This document shows positions 1-8,942 of a DNA stretch of 26,643 bases, piece after piece (positions within the stretch are counted from its first letter, which is position 1; each line of letters starts with the position of its first letter). Made by a program: the position numbers and the translations under genes. The notes under the pieces were generated by a model that was given only the letters and a program-made list of their open reading frames with translations, was not told the DNA's origin and did not search any database. The stretch comes from a virus (taxonomy: Duplodnaviria > Caudoviricetes), in the IMG/VR virus record IMGVR_UViG_3300002092_000163, positions 1-26,643 of that record. One strand, given 5' to 3'.

Positions 1-183
1 AGCGTTACTGCAAGGTCAGAACGATGCGCTGATATAATTGAAACTTTGGTCAATGCTTTGGCACAGCATGAGGGCCATGACGAGTTGTTAAAAGACACGC
101 GGCTTTATTTGAATCTATTGGTAAATGAGCAGGAAACGGTAACACGGTTTGAAGATTGGAGAGACCGCCAAGGAGGTGAGTGA
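1..183 (+). CDS. Hypothetical protein, 5'-truncated
   Basis: Frame 1 is open from base 1 (SVTARSERCADIIETLVNALAQ...WRDRQGGE) to TGA at 181-183, which overlaps the next start codon. Confidence 0.6.
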   Translation, partial: SVTARSERCADIIETLVNALAQHEGHDELLKDTRLYLNLLVNEQETVTRFEDWRDRQGGE

Positions 184-458
184 TGGATCATTTTGCAAGT
201 TCAGGCGGCAGTTGGGCTGGTTACAATTCCCACAGTTGGGAGATGGAAAGGCGCGTCAAAGAAATTGAAGACCGTCTTGGCATCACGGCAGAGCGTGAGA
301 AGGCAGAACGCGCCAAGCGGTATCAGGCCATGCGCCAATTGGTTTTAGACCGCAAAAAAGCTCGTGCAGAAGGCACAAAGTTTTATAAAACGCGCTACGG
401 TTATACCACTGGTTTACCTAAAGAAGTGTGGGACAAATACAACAAAATGGGTGAGTGA
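180..458 (+). CDS. Hypothetical phage protein (about 91 aa)
   Basis: GGAGG RBS just upstream; the start overlaps the previous stop and the stop overlaps the next ATG. Confidence 0.7.
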   Translation: MMDHFASSGGSWAGYNSHSWEMERRVKEIEDRLGITAEREKAERAKRYQAMRQLVLDRKKARAEGTKFYKTRYGYTTGLPKEVWDKYNKMGE

Positions 459-610
459 TGCAAGTTGTAAACATTACAGATTTGCCTGACGGCAGTGTAA
501 TCATTGAAGTTGAAATGGATAAGGAAGAGCGGGACACGATCCTATCGTGGGCCATCCGCAAATTGCTGATCTCGGCAGCACAAGAGTTGGCAGGGATTGA
601 ACCTGACTGA
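458..610 (+). CDS. Small hypothetical protein (50 aa, MQVVNITDLPDGSVIIEVEMDKEERDTILSWAIRKLLISAAQELAGIEPD)
   Basis: Not in the ORF track. ATG at 458 is coupled to the TGA of the previous gene (TGATG), and the translation has a plausible beta-beta-alpha pattern. Confidence 0.6.
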   Translation: MQVVNITDLPDGSVIIEVEMDKEERDTILSWAIRKLLISAAQELAGIEPD

Positions 611-1105
611 TTCGCACTATACTGTAGGCAATAGAAAGCCCGGTGAGTTGAACTCTAACCGGGCTTACTGAACCAAACTTGTTTTCTTGGCAGACGACAA
701 GGTTCAGCACAAAATGTTTACCGCGATCACATGCGGACTTCAAGTGCGAATTTCCACTGCCAACAACAAGTCGCGCAACGGACGGTAGCCCGGCTTCGGC
801 TGATTGAGTTACCACAAGCGTGATCCACAATGGTTCAGTGATGAGGTTTTGCCATGAACCTAGACCACATGGCTAAGACGCTGCCGTTTTTAACCCTCCG
901 GCGGTCCCGATGGCTGAACAGCTTAGGGAGCAACACAGGTCTACATACCCCCTAGATGACGGTAACCCGTCAGGGAGGCGTTCTGGCCAAGCGATAGGCG
1001 GCATAACCGTCAAGGCACCTGTGCTATACAGCGTCAAGAGTTTCCCTCAATACCGTTATCCTGCTCATCGTCCACTGATGGGAGGGAGGGTAGACGGAGG
1101 GCGGA
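610..1105. ncRNA. Candidate structured non-coding RNA or cis-element
   Basis: Dense inverted repeats: 610-618/743-751, 636-644/658-666, 668-674/701-707, 721-724/733-736, 832-837/855-860, 957-962/967-972 and about 1044-1101. No convincing ORF. Confidence 0.4.
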
Positions 1106-1195
1106 GCTGTGCAAATCGTCCAGCTAAACAGACAAAACAGCCCAAATGGTATAGAATGATTGATATGTTAGACGTTTATCGATCATGAATTGTGT

Positions 1196-1227
1196 ATTAT
1201 ACGCAAAATCCGTAAAATGCGTATAAT
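1196..1227. promoter_or_regulatory. Inverted repeat containing a TATAAT -10 box upstream of the packaging operon
   Basis: ATTATACGCA (1196-1205) and TGCGTATAAT (1218-1227) are perfect 10-bp arms, with TATAAT at 1222-1227. A GGAG RBS and the ATG at 1251 follow. Confidence 0.45.
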
Positions 1228-1250
1228 GCGAAACATACGGAGAACATCAA

Positions 1251-1757
1251 ATGCTTACCAAACGGCAACTCCTGCTAGGCGTAGGGTCAATACTGGCAAC
1301 ATCTGTAATGCCAGCCGCAAGCCACGAGAATGCGATTAATCATATATATGAGAAGCGCAAACCATTCTTCGAAGTGCTGTATGTAAAAAGCTGCCCGGTA
1401 GCTTGGGGCAATTTCCCAGAGGCTGTTTACATTGAAGTTAAGTTCGTAGATGGAGTAAAGGGCAAAGCATTTTTAGGGCGGTTCAACTACGTACATTCTG
1501 ACGGCGTCCCAATGATCGGCTGGAATATTGTAGTTAATGAAAAAGTATCGTTTGCGGTCAGACAAATATCGGATGCCACCCCAGATCAGATAGCGTTTCT
1601 TAAACAACATTACCGCGAACATGGTATGTCAGTCACAGAGATGCCGCCATTGATGCTTAACAAGCATTTAGAGCTGTTGAGGAAGTATGGCCCAATGAAC
1701 CAAGCAGAACTTGATCATTTGGCCTTAGATAACCGAATGGAAGCAAGATATGGCTAA
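1251..1757 (+). CDS. Hypothetical protein with an N-terminal signal-peptide-like (Tat-like) segment
   Basis: GGAG RBS; N-terminus MLTKRQLLLGVGSILATSVMPAASH; overlaps the terS start. Confidence 0.7.
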   Translation: MLTKRQLLLGVGSILATSVMPAASHENAINHIYEKRKPFFEVLYVKSCPVAWGNFPEAVYIEVKFVDGVKGKAFLGRFNYVHSDGVPMIGWNIVVNEKVSFAVRQISDATPDQIAFLKQHYREHGMSVTEMPPLMLNKHLELLRKYGPMNQAELDHLALDNRMEARYG

Positions 1758-2277
1758 AACAGCCAAAGATAGGCCAAAAGATCGGCCAGCTGAAAAGAGA
1801 ATTGGTAGACCTAGTTCGTTCACGCAAGAGATTGGTGACGAGATCTGTGTGCGTATCTCTGGAGGCGAATCACTGCGCTCAATCGTTCTTGGTTCGCACA
1901 TGCCTGATCGCGCTACGGTGTTTAGATGGCTTGTCGCCAATCAAATCTTCCGCGACCAATACGCCCGTGCGCGTGAGGCCCACGCTGATTCGCTGGTTGA
2001 TGACATGCTTGCGATCGCCGATGCCGAATACGAAAGCAATGAGGCCATTACGGCTGCGCGGTTAAAGATTGACACCCGCAAATGGCTTGCAGGCCGCATG
2101 TCGCCCAAGAAATACTCTGAGCAGAAGATGGCATTGACTGGCCCGTCTGGTGATGGCCCGGTGCAGATTGAGATGCAGGTGATTGATCCATCAACGCTTG
2201 CACCAGAGGCTATGGTGCAAATTCAGGAGGCATTGTCTTTGGCCATTGAGGCGCAAGAAGCCCCCGATGAAGAGTAA
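1750..2277 (+). CDS. terS: Terminase small subunit (Sf6 gp1-like)
   Basis: GRPSSF..EI..RISGGESLRSI...MPDRATVFRWL (HTH), FRDQYARARE and DTRKWLAGRMSPKKY. Lies directly before terL. Confidence 0.9.
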   Translation: MAKTAKDRPKDRPAEKRIGRPSSFTQEIGDEICVRISGGESLRSIVLGSHMPDRATVFRWLVANQIFRDQYARAREAHADSLVDDMLAIADAEYESNEAITAARLKIDTRKWLAGRMSPKKYSEQKMALTGPSGDGPVQIEMQVIDPSTLAPEAMVQIQEALSLAIEAQEAPDEE

Positions 2278-3973
2278 ACAAAATGTTTCACGTGAAACAT
2301 CTCAGGGTGTTTTGCTGCCGGGCATAGAACGAATCACTGGCAACTCGGCTCCTATCAATGTTAAGGAAACACTAAGGCAGTTCAAAGCCTTTCAGCTGCA
2401 AGATGACCTTTACAGCTTCATGCGGTACTTCTGGCCTGTCGTTGATTCGGCTGAGTTCGTTGAAGGCGGCTTTGCTATTCAGGCTGTATGCGATCACCTG
2501 ACCTCAATGGTTGACGGCACTGGGATCCGCAACCTGATCATCAACATCCCACCGCGCTTTTCAAAGTCACTGATCTGCATGACGTTTTTCCCCGCATGGG
2601 TATGGGCGCAACGTGAGATCACGCCGACATCGGGTCCGGGCGTTCAGTTCTTGTGTGCCTCATATGGCCTTAGCCTGTCATTGCAGGACAGCGTGAAGTG
2701 CCGCCGCTTGGTATCCTCGAAAAGGTATATTGATCTGTATCCGCACGTGCAGCTGACGGGCGATGTCAATGCCAAACAGCGATTCGAAAACTCACTAGGC
2801 GGATCACGCATCGCCACATCGGTGGGCGCATCTACAACGGGATTCGGCGGCGACTTCCTGCTGCTCGATGACCCAAACAATGCGCTGGAATCGAACTCTG
2901 ATGCCATTCTGGACACCACCACCGACTGGTTCGACAATGCGTGGTCTACCCGCTTGAACAACCCAAAGAGCGGCTGCCGTGTTGTGATCCAGCAGCGGCT
3001 GAGTGAACGGGACATCACCGGGCACATCCTATCCCGCGAGGTCGGCGACTGGTGCCACCTCGTCCTGCCAATGCGGTTCGAGCTAGAGCGCAAGTACACC
3101 ACTGTGATTGGCTGGGAAGATCCACGTACGGTCGAGGGTGAGCTGCTATGGGAAGAACGGTTCGGTGACAACGAAGTCAAGCTGCTCGAAGCCCAGCTGC
3201 TGACGGGTGCTGCGGGTCAGCTACAACAACGGCCTACACCAGCAGGCGGTGGCATCATCAAGCGTGAGTGGTTTCAGCCGTGGGTCGAAGACAAGTACCC
3301 GCCGTTCTCGATCGTCATCATGTCGGTGGATACGGCTTACACAACCAAGCAGGAAAATGATTTCTCGGCCATCACGGTCTGGGGCATCTTTGAAGAGCCA
3401 GACGGCATCAGTGCGATCCAAGGGCCGGGCGGCAGGGTCAGCACCAGCTTCGCACGTGTGGAGACCGAGGATGTGCCGCGCATCATGATGGTGCATGCAT
3501 GGCGGGGCAAGGTAGAGTTTCACGAGCTGACCGAGATGGTGGTCAAGATGGCCAAGGACCACAAGGTCGATATCATCTTGAATGAGAACAAGGCGGCAGG
3601 CTATTCGCTCGAACAAGAGCTGCGGCGTCTGTATGCCCATGAGGACTGGCAGGTGAGGCTGGAGAACCCCGGCGCCTTGGACAAGGTAGCCCGAGCCTAT
3701 GCCATCCAGCATCTGCTGGCCGATGGGCTGATCTATGCACCATGCCTAGACCAAACAGGCAACCAGTTCAGGATCTGGGCGGACATGGTCATCACCGAAT
3801 GTGAAAGTTTTCCTAAAGGCAAAAATGATGACCTTGTTGACACGCTGGTGCAGGCACTGACCTTTATGCGTAAAACGGGCATGATCACTCGGGTTGTGGA
3901 GAAGAACGCGGAGATGAGTGCGGCCAAGATGTTCCGTGGTAACAACGATCACAAACCGCTATACCCAATCTAG
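2267..3973 (+). CDS. terL: Terminase large subunit
   Basis: Walker A-like NIPPRFSKS, Walker B LLLDDP, coupling-motif region VIQQR, and RNase H-like nuclease residues SVDTA, DFSA and DDLVD. Start placed at ATG 2267, overlapping the end of terS. Confidence 0.95.
   Translation: MKSKQNVSRETSQGVLLPGIERITGNSAPINVKETLRQFKAFQLQDDLYSFMRYFWPVVDSAEFVEGGFAIQAVCDHLTSMVDGTGIRNLIINIPPRFSKSLICMTFFPAWVWAQREITPTSGPGVQFLCASYGLSLSLQDSVKCRRLVSSKRYIDLYPHVQLTGDVNAKQRFENSLGGSRIATSVGASTTGFGGDFLLLDDPNNALESNSDAILDTTTDWFDNAWSTRLNNPKSGCRVVIQQRLSERDITGHILSREVGDWCHLVLPMRFELERKYTTVIGWEDPRTVEGELLWEERFGDNEVKLLEAQLLTGAAGQLQQRPTPAGGGIIKREWFQPWVEDKYPPFSIVIMSVDTAYTTKQENDFSAITVWGIFEEPDGISAIQGPGGRVSTSFARVETEDVPRIMMVHAWRGKVEFHELTEMVVKMAKDHKVDIILNENKAAGYSLEQELRRLYAHEDWQVRLENPGALDKVARAYAIQHLLADGLIYAPCLDQTGNQFRIWADMVITECESFPKGKNDDLVDTLVQALTFMRKTGMITRVVEKNAEMSAAKMFRGNNDHKPLYPI
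2284..2299. promoter_or_regulatory. parS: parS-consensus palindrome TGTTTCACGTGAAACA
   Basis: Exact match to the widely conserved bacterial chromosomal ParB/Spo0J binding site. The palindrome extends to 18 bp (2283-2300). Function is untested. Confidence 0.7.
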
Positions 3974-4019
3974 GTAAAGTAGTGTAATAGTATTCGGAAG
4001 TATATTTGAAGGATAAGCC

Positions 4020-6290
4020 ATGCCCATTACGCCCGGACTTAGCGGCAACTTGCGCCTGAACGGCGACGAGCCCAAGCCAATGAACATTGACGGCGTTGAT
4101 GTCACCATTGAGCAGGAAGGCCCGAAAGGCGATACGCCCGAGCTGGACAAGCAGGGCAACGTGCTGCGTATTGATCATGGCGATGGTTCGATCAGCGTAT
4201 CACTGGACGGCAAGCCCATTGAGGAGGCGGCCAAGAACAAGAAGAAGGGCGGCTGGTTCGAGAACCTTGCAGACGAGATTGATGACCTTGAGCTGGGCCG
4301 CATTGCCTCTGATCTGGTTCGCGGTGTTAAGCAGGACATGGAAAGCCGCAAGGAATGGATTGAGGAACGGGCACAGGGTCTGCGCCTGCTCGGGCTGAAG
4401 GTAGAGATACCGGGCCTACAGGGCAGTGCTGACGGTGCGCCGATTGAGGGCATGAGCAAGGTCCGTGACCCGCTGCTGTTGGAGGCCGTGCTGCGGTTCC
4501 AAGCCAATGCCCGGTCAGAGCTCCTGCCGACTGATGGCCCAATGAAGGTCCGCATTGACGGCAACAGTGCCAACCCAGACACGGATGATCTGGCTGAAGC
4601 ACTTGAGAAGGATATGAACCACTACCTGACGGTGACGGCCACCGAGTACTATCCCGACACCGATCGCATGCTGTTCCTGTATGGTTTCGGCGGGACTGGC
4701 GTAAAAAAGGTTTACTATTGTCCGTTGCGAAATCGTCCTGTCAGCGAATCAATTGATGCCGAGGACTTCATCGTCAACAACACCGCAACCGATCTGGCAA
4801 ACGCGAAACGAATCACCCAGCGCGTGATGATGCGGCCTAGTGTCGTTAAGCGCATGCAGATCATTGGGGCATACCGCGATGTTCAACTATCTCAGCCAAT
4901 GCAAACCACGCCCGATTCGGCGCAGCTCGAAAAAGCCAACATCCAAGGGGTTCAAACCGATACCTTTCAAGCCGAGGACCGCGACAGAGAGCTTTACGAA
5001 ATTTGTTGCGAACTCGACATCAAAGGTTTTGAACACAAGATCGATGGAGAGATTACGGGCCTTGAAATCCCGTATGTGGTCACGATCGATGTATCCTCGA
5101 AACAAATCCTCGCGATCCGCCGCAACTTCAACGAAGACGATCAAGACCTACCCGAAGCGCGTAGAATGTACGTCAAGTTTCCGTTTGTTCCGGGACTAGG
5201 GTTCTACGACATCGGTCTGCTGCACATGCTTGGCAACACAACCAATGCCATCACAGCGGGTCTGCGTGAGCTGCTCGATGCTGGTATGTATGCCAACTTC
5301 CCCGGCTTCCTGTATTCCGATGTGGGGTCACGCCAGAACAGCAACATCTTCCGCATTCCTCCCGGCGGCGGAGCCCAGATCAAGACAGGCGGCCAACCTA
5401 TTACCGATGTGGTAATGCCGCTACCGTATAAGGAACCATCGGCAACCCTGATGACACTGATTGAGGCCATGCGGCAGACAGGGCAGCGTGTCGGTGGTAC
5501 AGCAGAGTTGCCAGTGGGTGAAGGCAAGCAGGACGCTCCCGTTGGAACGACCATTGCGCTGATTGAGCAAGCCACCAAGGTGATGAACTCGGTGCACAAG
5601 CGCATGCATGCAGCACAGGCCGAAGAGTTCCAGCTGTTGGTTGACTGCTTCAAAGAACACCCCGAATCATTTTGGCAGCGCAACAAAAAACCTGCCAAGC
5701 CGTGGGATGAGCAGCTATTCCTAAAATGCCTTGAAGATTACCATCTGGTTCCGCAGGCAGACCCCAACACAGCCAGCCATATGCAGCGCATGATGAAGAT
5801 CAATGCCCTGTCGCAGTTGGCACAGCAGGCACCGCAGTTCATCAACATGGTTGAGGTTGTGAAGGCAGAGCTGCATGCAATGGGCTGGGATAACTATCAG
5901 CGGTTTATGACACCGCCCGGACCACCGCCACCAGATCCAAAGGAAGAGCTGATGAAAGCTCAGGCGCAGGCTGCGTTGATGTCAGCCAAGGCCAAGGCTG
6001 CGGCGGTTGCACACAAGATGTCCGGGCCGCCTGACACACACATGTCGGCTGCCGAGATGATGGACGCTCAATCCCGCCGCATGGATTCTGAGACAAAGCA
6101 CAAGGAGGTGCAGATCCGTGCCGCATCTGAGCAGTTGGAGGCGCAGAACCGCGCTAAGGACCGCGAAAGCCGCGAGATGCTGGCAGCGGCACAGCTTGCC
6201 AAAGAAATTGCCCAGCACCCAGAAACAATGGATCTGGTAAAACGATTTGTATCACCCGAGATGCTCCAGAAACTTCAACAGCCGAGTTAA
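4020..6290 (+). CDS. Portal protein
   Basis: 756 aa, directly after terL. Segments such as FVPGLGFYDIGL, LRELLDAG...NFPG and PVGTTIALIE..KVMNSVHKR, plus a long C-terminal helical barrel-like extension as in P22-type podoviral portals. Confidence 0.88.
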   Translation: MPITPGLSGNLRLNGDEPKPMNIDGVDVTIEQEGPKGDTPELDKQGNVLRIDHGDGSISVSLDGKPIEEAAKNKKKGGWFENLADEIDDLELGRIASDLVRGVKQDMESRKEWIEERAQGLRLLGLKVEIPGLQGSADGAPIEGMSKVRDPLLLEAVLRFQANARSELLPTDGPMKVRIDGNSANPDTDDLAEALEKDMNHYLTVTATEYYPDTDRMLFLYGFGGTGVKKVYYCPLRNRPVSESIDAEDFIVNNTATDLANAKRITQRVMMRPSVVKRMQIIGAYRDVQLSQPMQTTPDSAQLEKANIQGVQTDTFQAEDRDRELYEICCELDIKGFEHKIDGEITGLEIPYVVTIDVSSKQILAIRRNFNEDDQDLPEARRMYVKFPFVPGLGFYDIGLLHMLGNTTNAITAGLRELLDAGMYANFPGFLYSDVGSRQNSNIFRIPPGGGAQIKTGGQPITDVVMPLPYKEPSATLMTLIEAMRQTGQRVGGTAELPVGEGKQDAPVGTTIALIEQATKVMNSVHKRMHAAQAEEFQLLVDCFKEHPESFWQRNKKPAKPWDEQLFLKCLEDYHLVPQADPNTASHMQRMMKINALSQLAQQAPQFINMVEVVKAELHAMGWDNYQRFMTPPGPPPPDPKEELMKAQAQAALMSAKAKAAAVAHKMSGPPDTHMSAAEMMDAQSRRMDSETKHKEVQIRAASEQLEAQNRAKDRESREMLAAAQLAKEIAQHPETMDLVKRFVSPEMLQKLQQPS

Positions 6291-6293
6291 GAC

Positions 6294-8942
6294 ATGGCCG
6301 ACGATACAGTGAACTTAGCCAAGCAGGTGCTGTCAAACCCACAGACATTGCCTACACCCTTGCCTATGTCCGGCCAGCAACGGTTGATGCAAGCGTTTCA
6401 TGATGAAAACCGTGAAGGGCTTACTGTATCTCCTCGGCCCGGCAAAGGTGGCGGACCACCTGCCAACCCGAATCAGCCAAACCCATATGAGGACGGGCTT
6501 GAACCGTGGTCACCAGCTAGATCAGGCAAAGAGGGCGTGAATACTCCGCCTCCATTTCAGGCACCTACTCAGCAAATACCGCGCAACGAAAAGCTTGTGC
6601 AACATACGCACAAGATCTTTAAATCAAAAGCATTTAAAGACTTTGTTGAACAGCACACGGGCATCACTAACTTGCAGGCAGCCCCAACCACTGGCTCGTG
6701 GATGGGTGAAATTGAGCCGTCATATGTTATTCATGGCGACAACATGACCCCAGAAAACACCCGCAAATTGCGCGGCATGTTGGGGTTTGGATTCGGTCAA
6801 GATGCTGTGGTGCATAATCACCATAACCCCGATTTGACCGAGGGCTTTCCAACCGCCTACATTGGCAATGGGCGGAAGCTGACAGCTAAAGACATTGATG
6901 GCATCCACGCAGCCGCTAAAGAACATGGGTTAGATTTTACCATTGGCAAAAATCAAGACGCCGCATACTTTAAGCACTTTGGTGATGAAAGCGAAGTGCC
7001 GGGTTTCTTCCAAAAAGTTAAAAACATTGCCGATAAGACAAACATGCCGGATCGGTTGCACGTTAGATCACAAGGAGACTTGATAAATGCGAAAGACTAT
7101 CTCCATGACGCATTCGGAGGCGGTGGCGGCGAAGTACGGCTTCCGGCCAGCTCCAAGCGATCACCCGAGCTATTCCGAGGGATTGTTAATAACATCCTTG
7201 CCCCATACGCCAAAGCCGTCTCACAAGAAGGCTACAGGCTTTCACCAGAGCGTATCGGCGAACACTATGGGCTTTCCCCCCAAGAAGTAAGCATGGTTCG
7301 GGATGGTATGTATCCCAGACAGCAAGACGATCGGTCTACTGTGGGACTGATGACAGGCAAAGATAAGCTTGACGTTAGGCCTTCAGGCGCACGTGGCGAT
7401 GCTAGCGTTAACGACATTCTGTACGGCTTGCAGAATAGAGCTACCGCCAAGGGCCAGATAGATCCAGAAGATCGCAGTGACCGCGCTAAAGAATTGATTG
7501 CCAATACAATGGCAGACGAGGTTAACCACCATGTTAAAACGTCTGATAAGTCGGCTATTGGCTGGTACGATGAAGCTTTGAAAAAAGCCAAAGACAAATA
7601 TGCCGAGATCTTTCCAGAGATCAAAACAGACAAAGACAAGGCTATGCTGTTTGATGCCGTATTGGGCATTACATCGCAAGGCAATGACGTCCACTCAAAC
7701 TCGATTATGGCATCTCGTATCTACAATTTGGTGCGCGATGGCAAAATGTCGTTGGCTGATGCTACAAACAAGCTGAAGGGCTCTTTTGGCAACCAAACCA
7801 ATGCGATTGAGGGCAATTTGCTCAAGTTTCATAACCTGATTGAGAAGAACGGTTATGATAAAATGCGAGATGTTTTTAATACAAAAATGAGCGTTTCCGA
7901 TTGGAAGAAACGGCTTAGAACAGACCAGTCATTAACAGGTCTATCGGACGAAGCTTTGAACGTAAAAGGCTCATCCAATCAAAAGGTCACGGGCTGGTCG
8001 GTGTTTGGTCCAAAAATTGGCTCATTTATTAACAATTTGCATGGTGATTACTCCACATTGACCGCTGATCTGTGGTTTTCCCGCACGTGGAACCGAATGC
8101 TGGGGCATAACTTTATCCATACACCGCTAGCCGAAGCTAAACAGTATCAAGATTATCGGGATGCGTTTAAGGCCGAGTGGGATCATCACAATGACCCAAC
8201 ATCAAATCAAATGCCTAAAATGTCTGGTGGCAAACCTGTCCTTAAAAATGGCGAAGAACAACCTTGGCTACATGGTCAAGACCTTAAAGGCATGCCGCGT
8301 GAAGAGTTTGAGCGGATCTATAATGATCCAGAAGAACTGTTGAAGCATGCAGGTGAGATGCATAATGTCTTCAGCACCCCCAATCCTATTACAAAAGCCC
8401 CTGCATATCATGAAAAGTCAGATTTGCGCCGCCGGGCAAAGAACTGGATTGAAAACAGGGAAAATTCAGTCGCTGCCCCGCGCAACGATACCGAGCGCAA
8501 TTTCCAGCAGGCAACGGCTGAACGGGCTCAAGAGGTTCTCAAGAAAAAATATGGCGTAGACATTAGTGTTGCCGACATTCAGGCTGCTTTGTGGTTCCAT
8601 GAAAAAGAACTGCTAGGCAAATTTGGCGGCACAAACGAAAAAGCCAAGCCAGCTGATTATGCGGATGCCGCTACTAAAGCCGTTGATCTGCATAAATCTG
8701 GCAAACTTTACATGTCAATGGATGCCATCAAAAAAATAGACGCCGACAAGAAACGTGTAGAAAAAGAAGCCGCAAAGGCAGCAGCCAAGGCCGAGAAAGA
8801 ACGGTTGAAAGCAGAAGCCAAGGCTAAACCACCGGAACAAGGTTTTGCTGACGGTGGCATGCCGCATAGCCAGCATCCAGCTGCCAGCATCCCCGGCATA
8901 CACATTGTCGGCCACAACCCGATTTTTCATGGGGATGAGTGA
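6294..8942 (+). CDS. Large multidomain (polyvalent-type) protein: possible SAM-lyase-like domain and HhH/glycosylase-like domain, ending near FADGG
   Basis: 882-aa ORF. Motifs GSWMGEIEPS...FGQDAVV and GWY...TSQG..V.SN...GPKIGSFINNL...TADLWFSR...QAALW. The ORF is secure; the domain calls are inference. Confidence 0.6.
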   Translation: MADDTVNLAKQVLSNPQTLPTPLPMSGQQRLMQAFHDENREGLTVSPRPGKGGGPPANPNQPNPYEDGLEPWSPARSGKEGVNTPPPFQAPTQQIPRNEKLVQHTHKIFKSKAFKDFVEQHTGITNLQAAPTTGSWMGEIEPSYVIHGDNMTPENTRKLRGMLGFGFGQDAVVHNHHNPDLTEGFPTAYIGNGRKLTAKDIDGIHAAAKEHGLDFTIGKNQDAAYFKHFGDESEVPGFFQKVKNIADKTNMPDRLHVRSQGDLINAKDYLHDAFGGGGGEVRLPASSKRSPELFRGIVNNILAPYAKAVSQEGYRLSPERIGEHYGLSPQEVSMVRDGMYPRQQDDRSTVGLMTGKDKLDVRPSGARGDASVNDILYGLQNRATAKGQIDPEDRSDRAKELIANTMADEVNHHVKTSDKSAIGWYDEALKKAKDKYAEIFPEIKTDKDKAMLFDAVLGITSQGNDVHSNSIMASRIYNLVRDGKMSLADATNKLKGSFGNQTNAIEGNLLKFHNLIEKNGYDKMRDVFNTKMSVSDWKKRLRTDQSLTGLSDEALNVKGSSNQKVTGWSVFGPKIGSFINNLHGDYSTLTADLWFSRTWNRMLGHNFIHTPLAEAKQYQDYRDAFKAEWDHHNDPTSNQMPKMSGGKPVLKNGEEQPWLHGQDLKGMPREEFERIYNDPEELLKHAGEMHNVFSTPNPITKAPAYHEKSDLRRRAKNWIENRENSVAAPRNDTERNFQQATAERAQEVLKKKYGVDISVADIQAALWFHEKELLGKFGGTNEKAKPADYADAATKAVDLHKSGKLYMSMDAIKKIDADKKRVEKEAAKAAAKAEKERLKAEAKAKPPEQGFADGGMPHSQHPAASIPGIHIVGHNPIFHGDE

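Noticed and set aside
610-760. tRNA gene (cloverleaf-like arrangement)
   Set aside because: About 140 nt with long arms, and no T-loop GTTCRA in the right context or proper anticodon arm.
501-1188. Track ORFs 501..830 (-) and 910..1188 (+)
   Set aside because: Neither has a clear RBS or a protein-like pattern. Both overlap the hairpin-dense region, and the first also overlaps the better-supported 458..610 ORF.
2183-2266. Longer TerL start given in the ORF track
   Set aside because: It lies deep inside terS and gives an implausible N-terminus; ATG 2267 fits translational coupling better.
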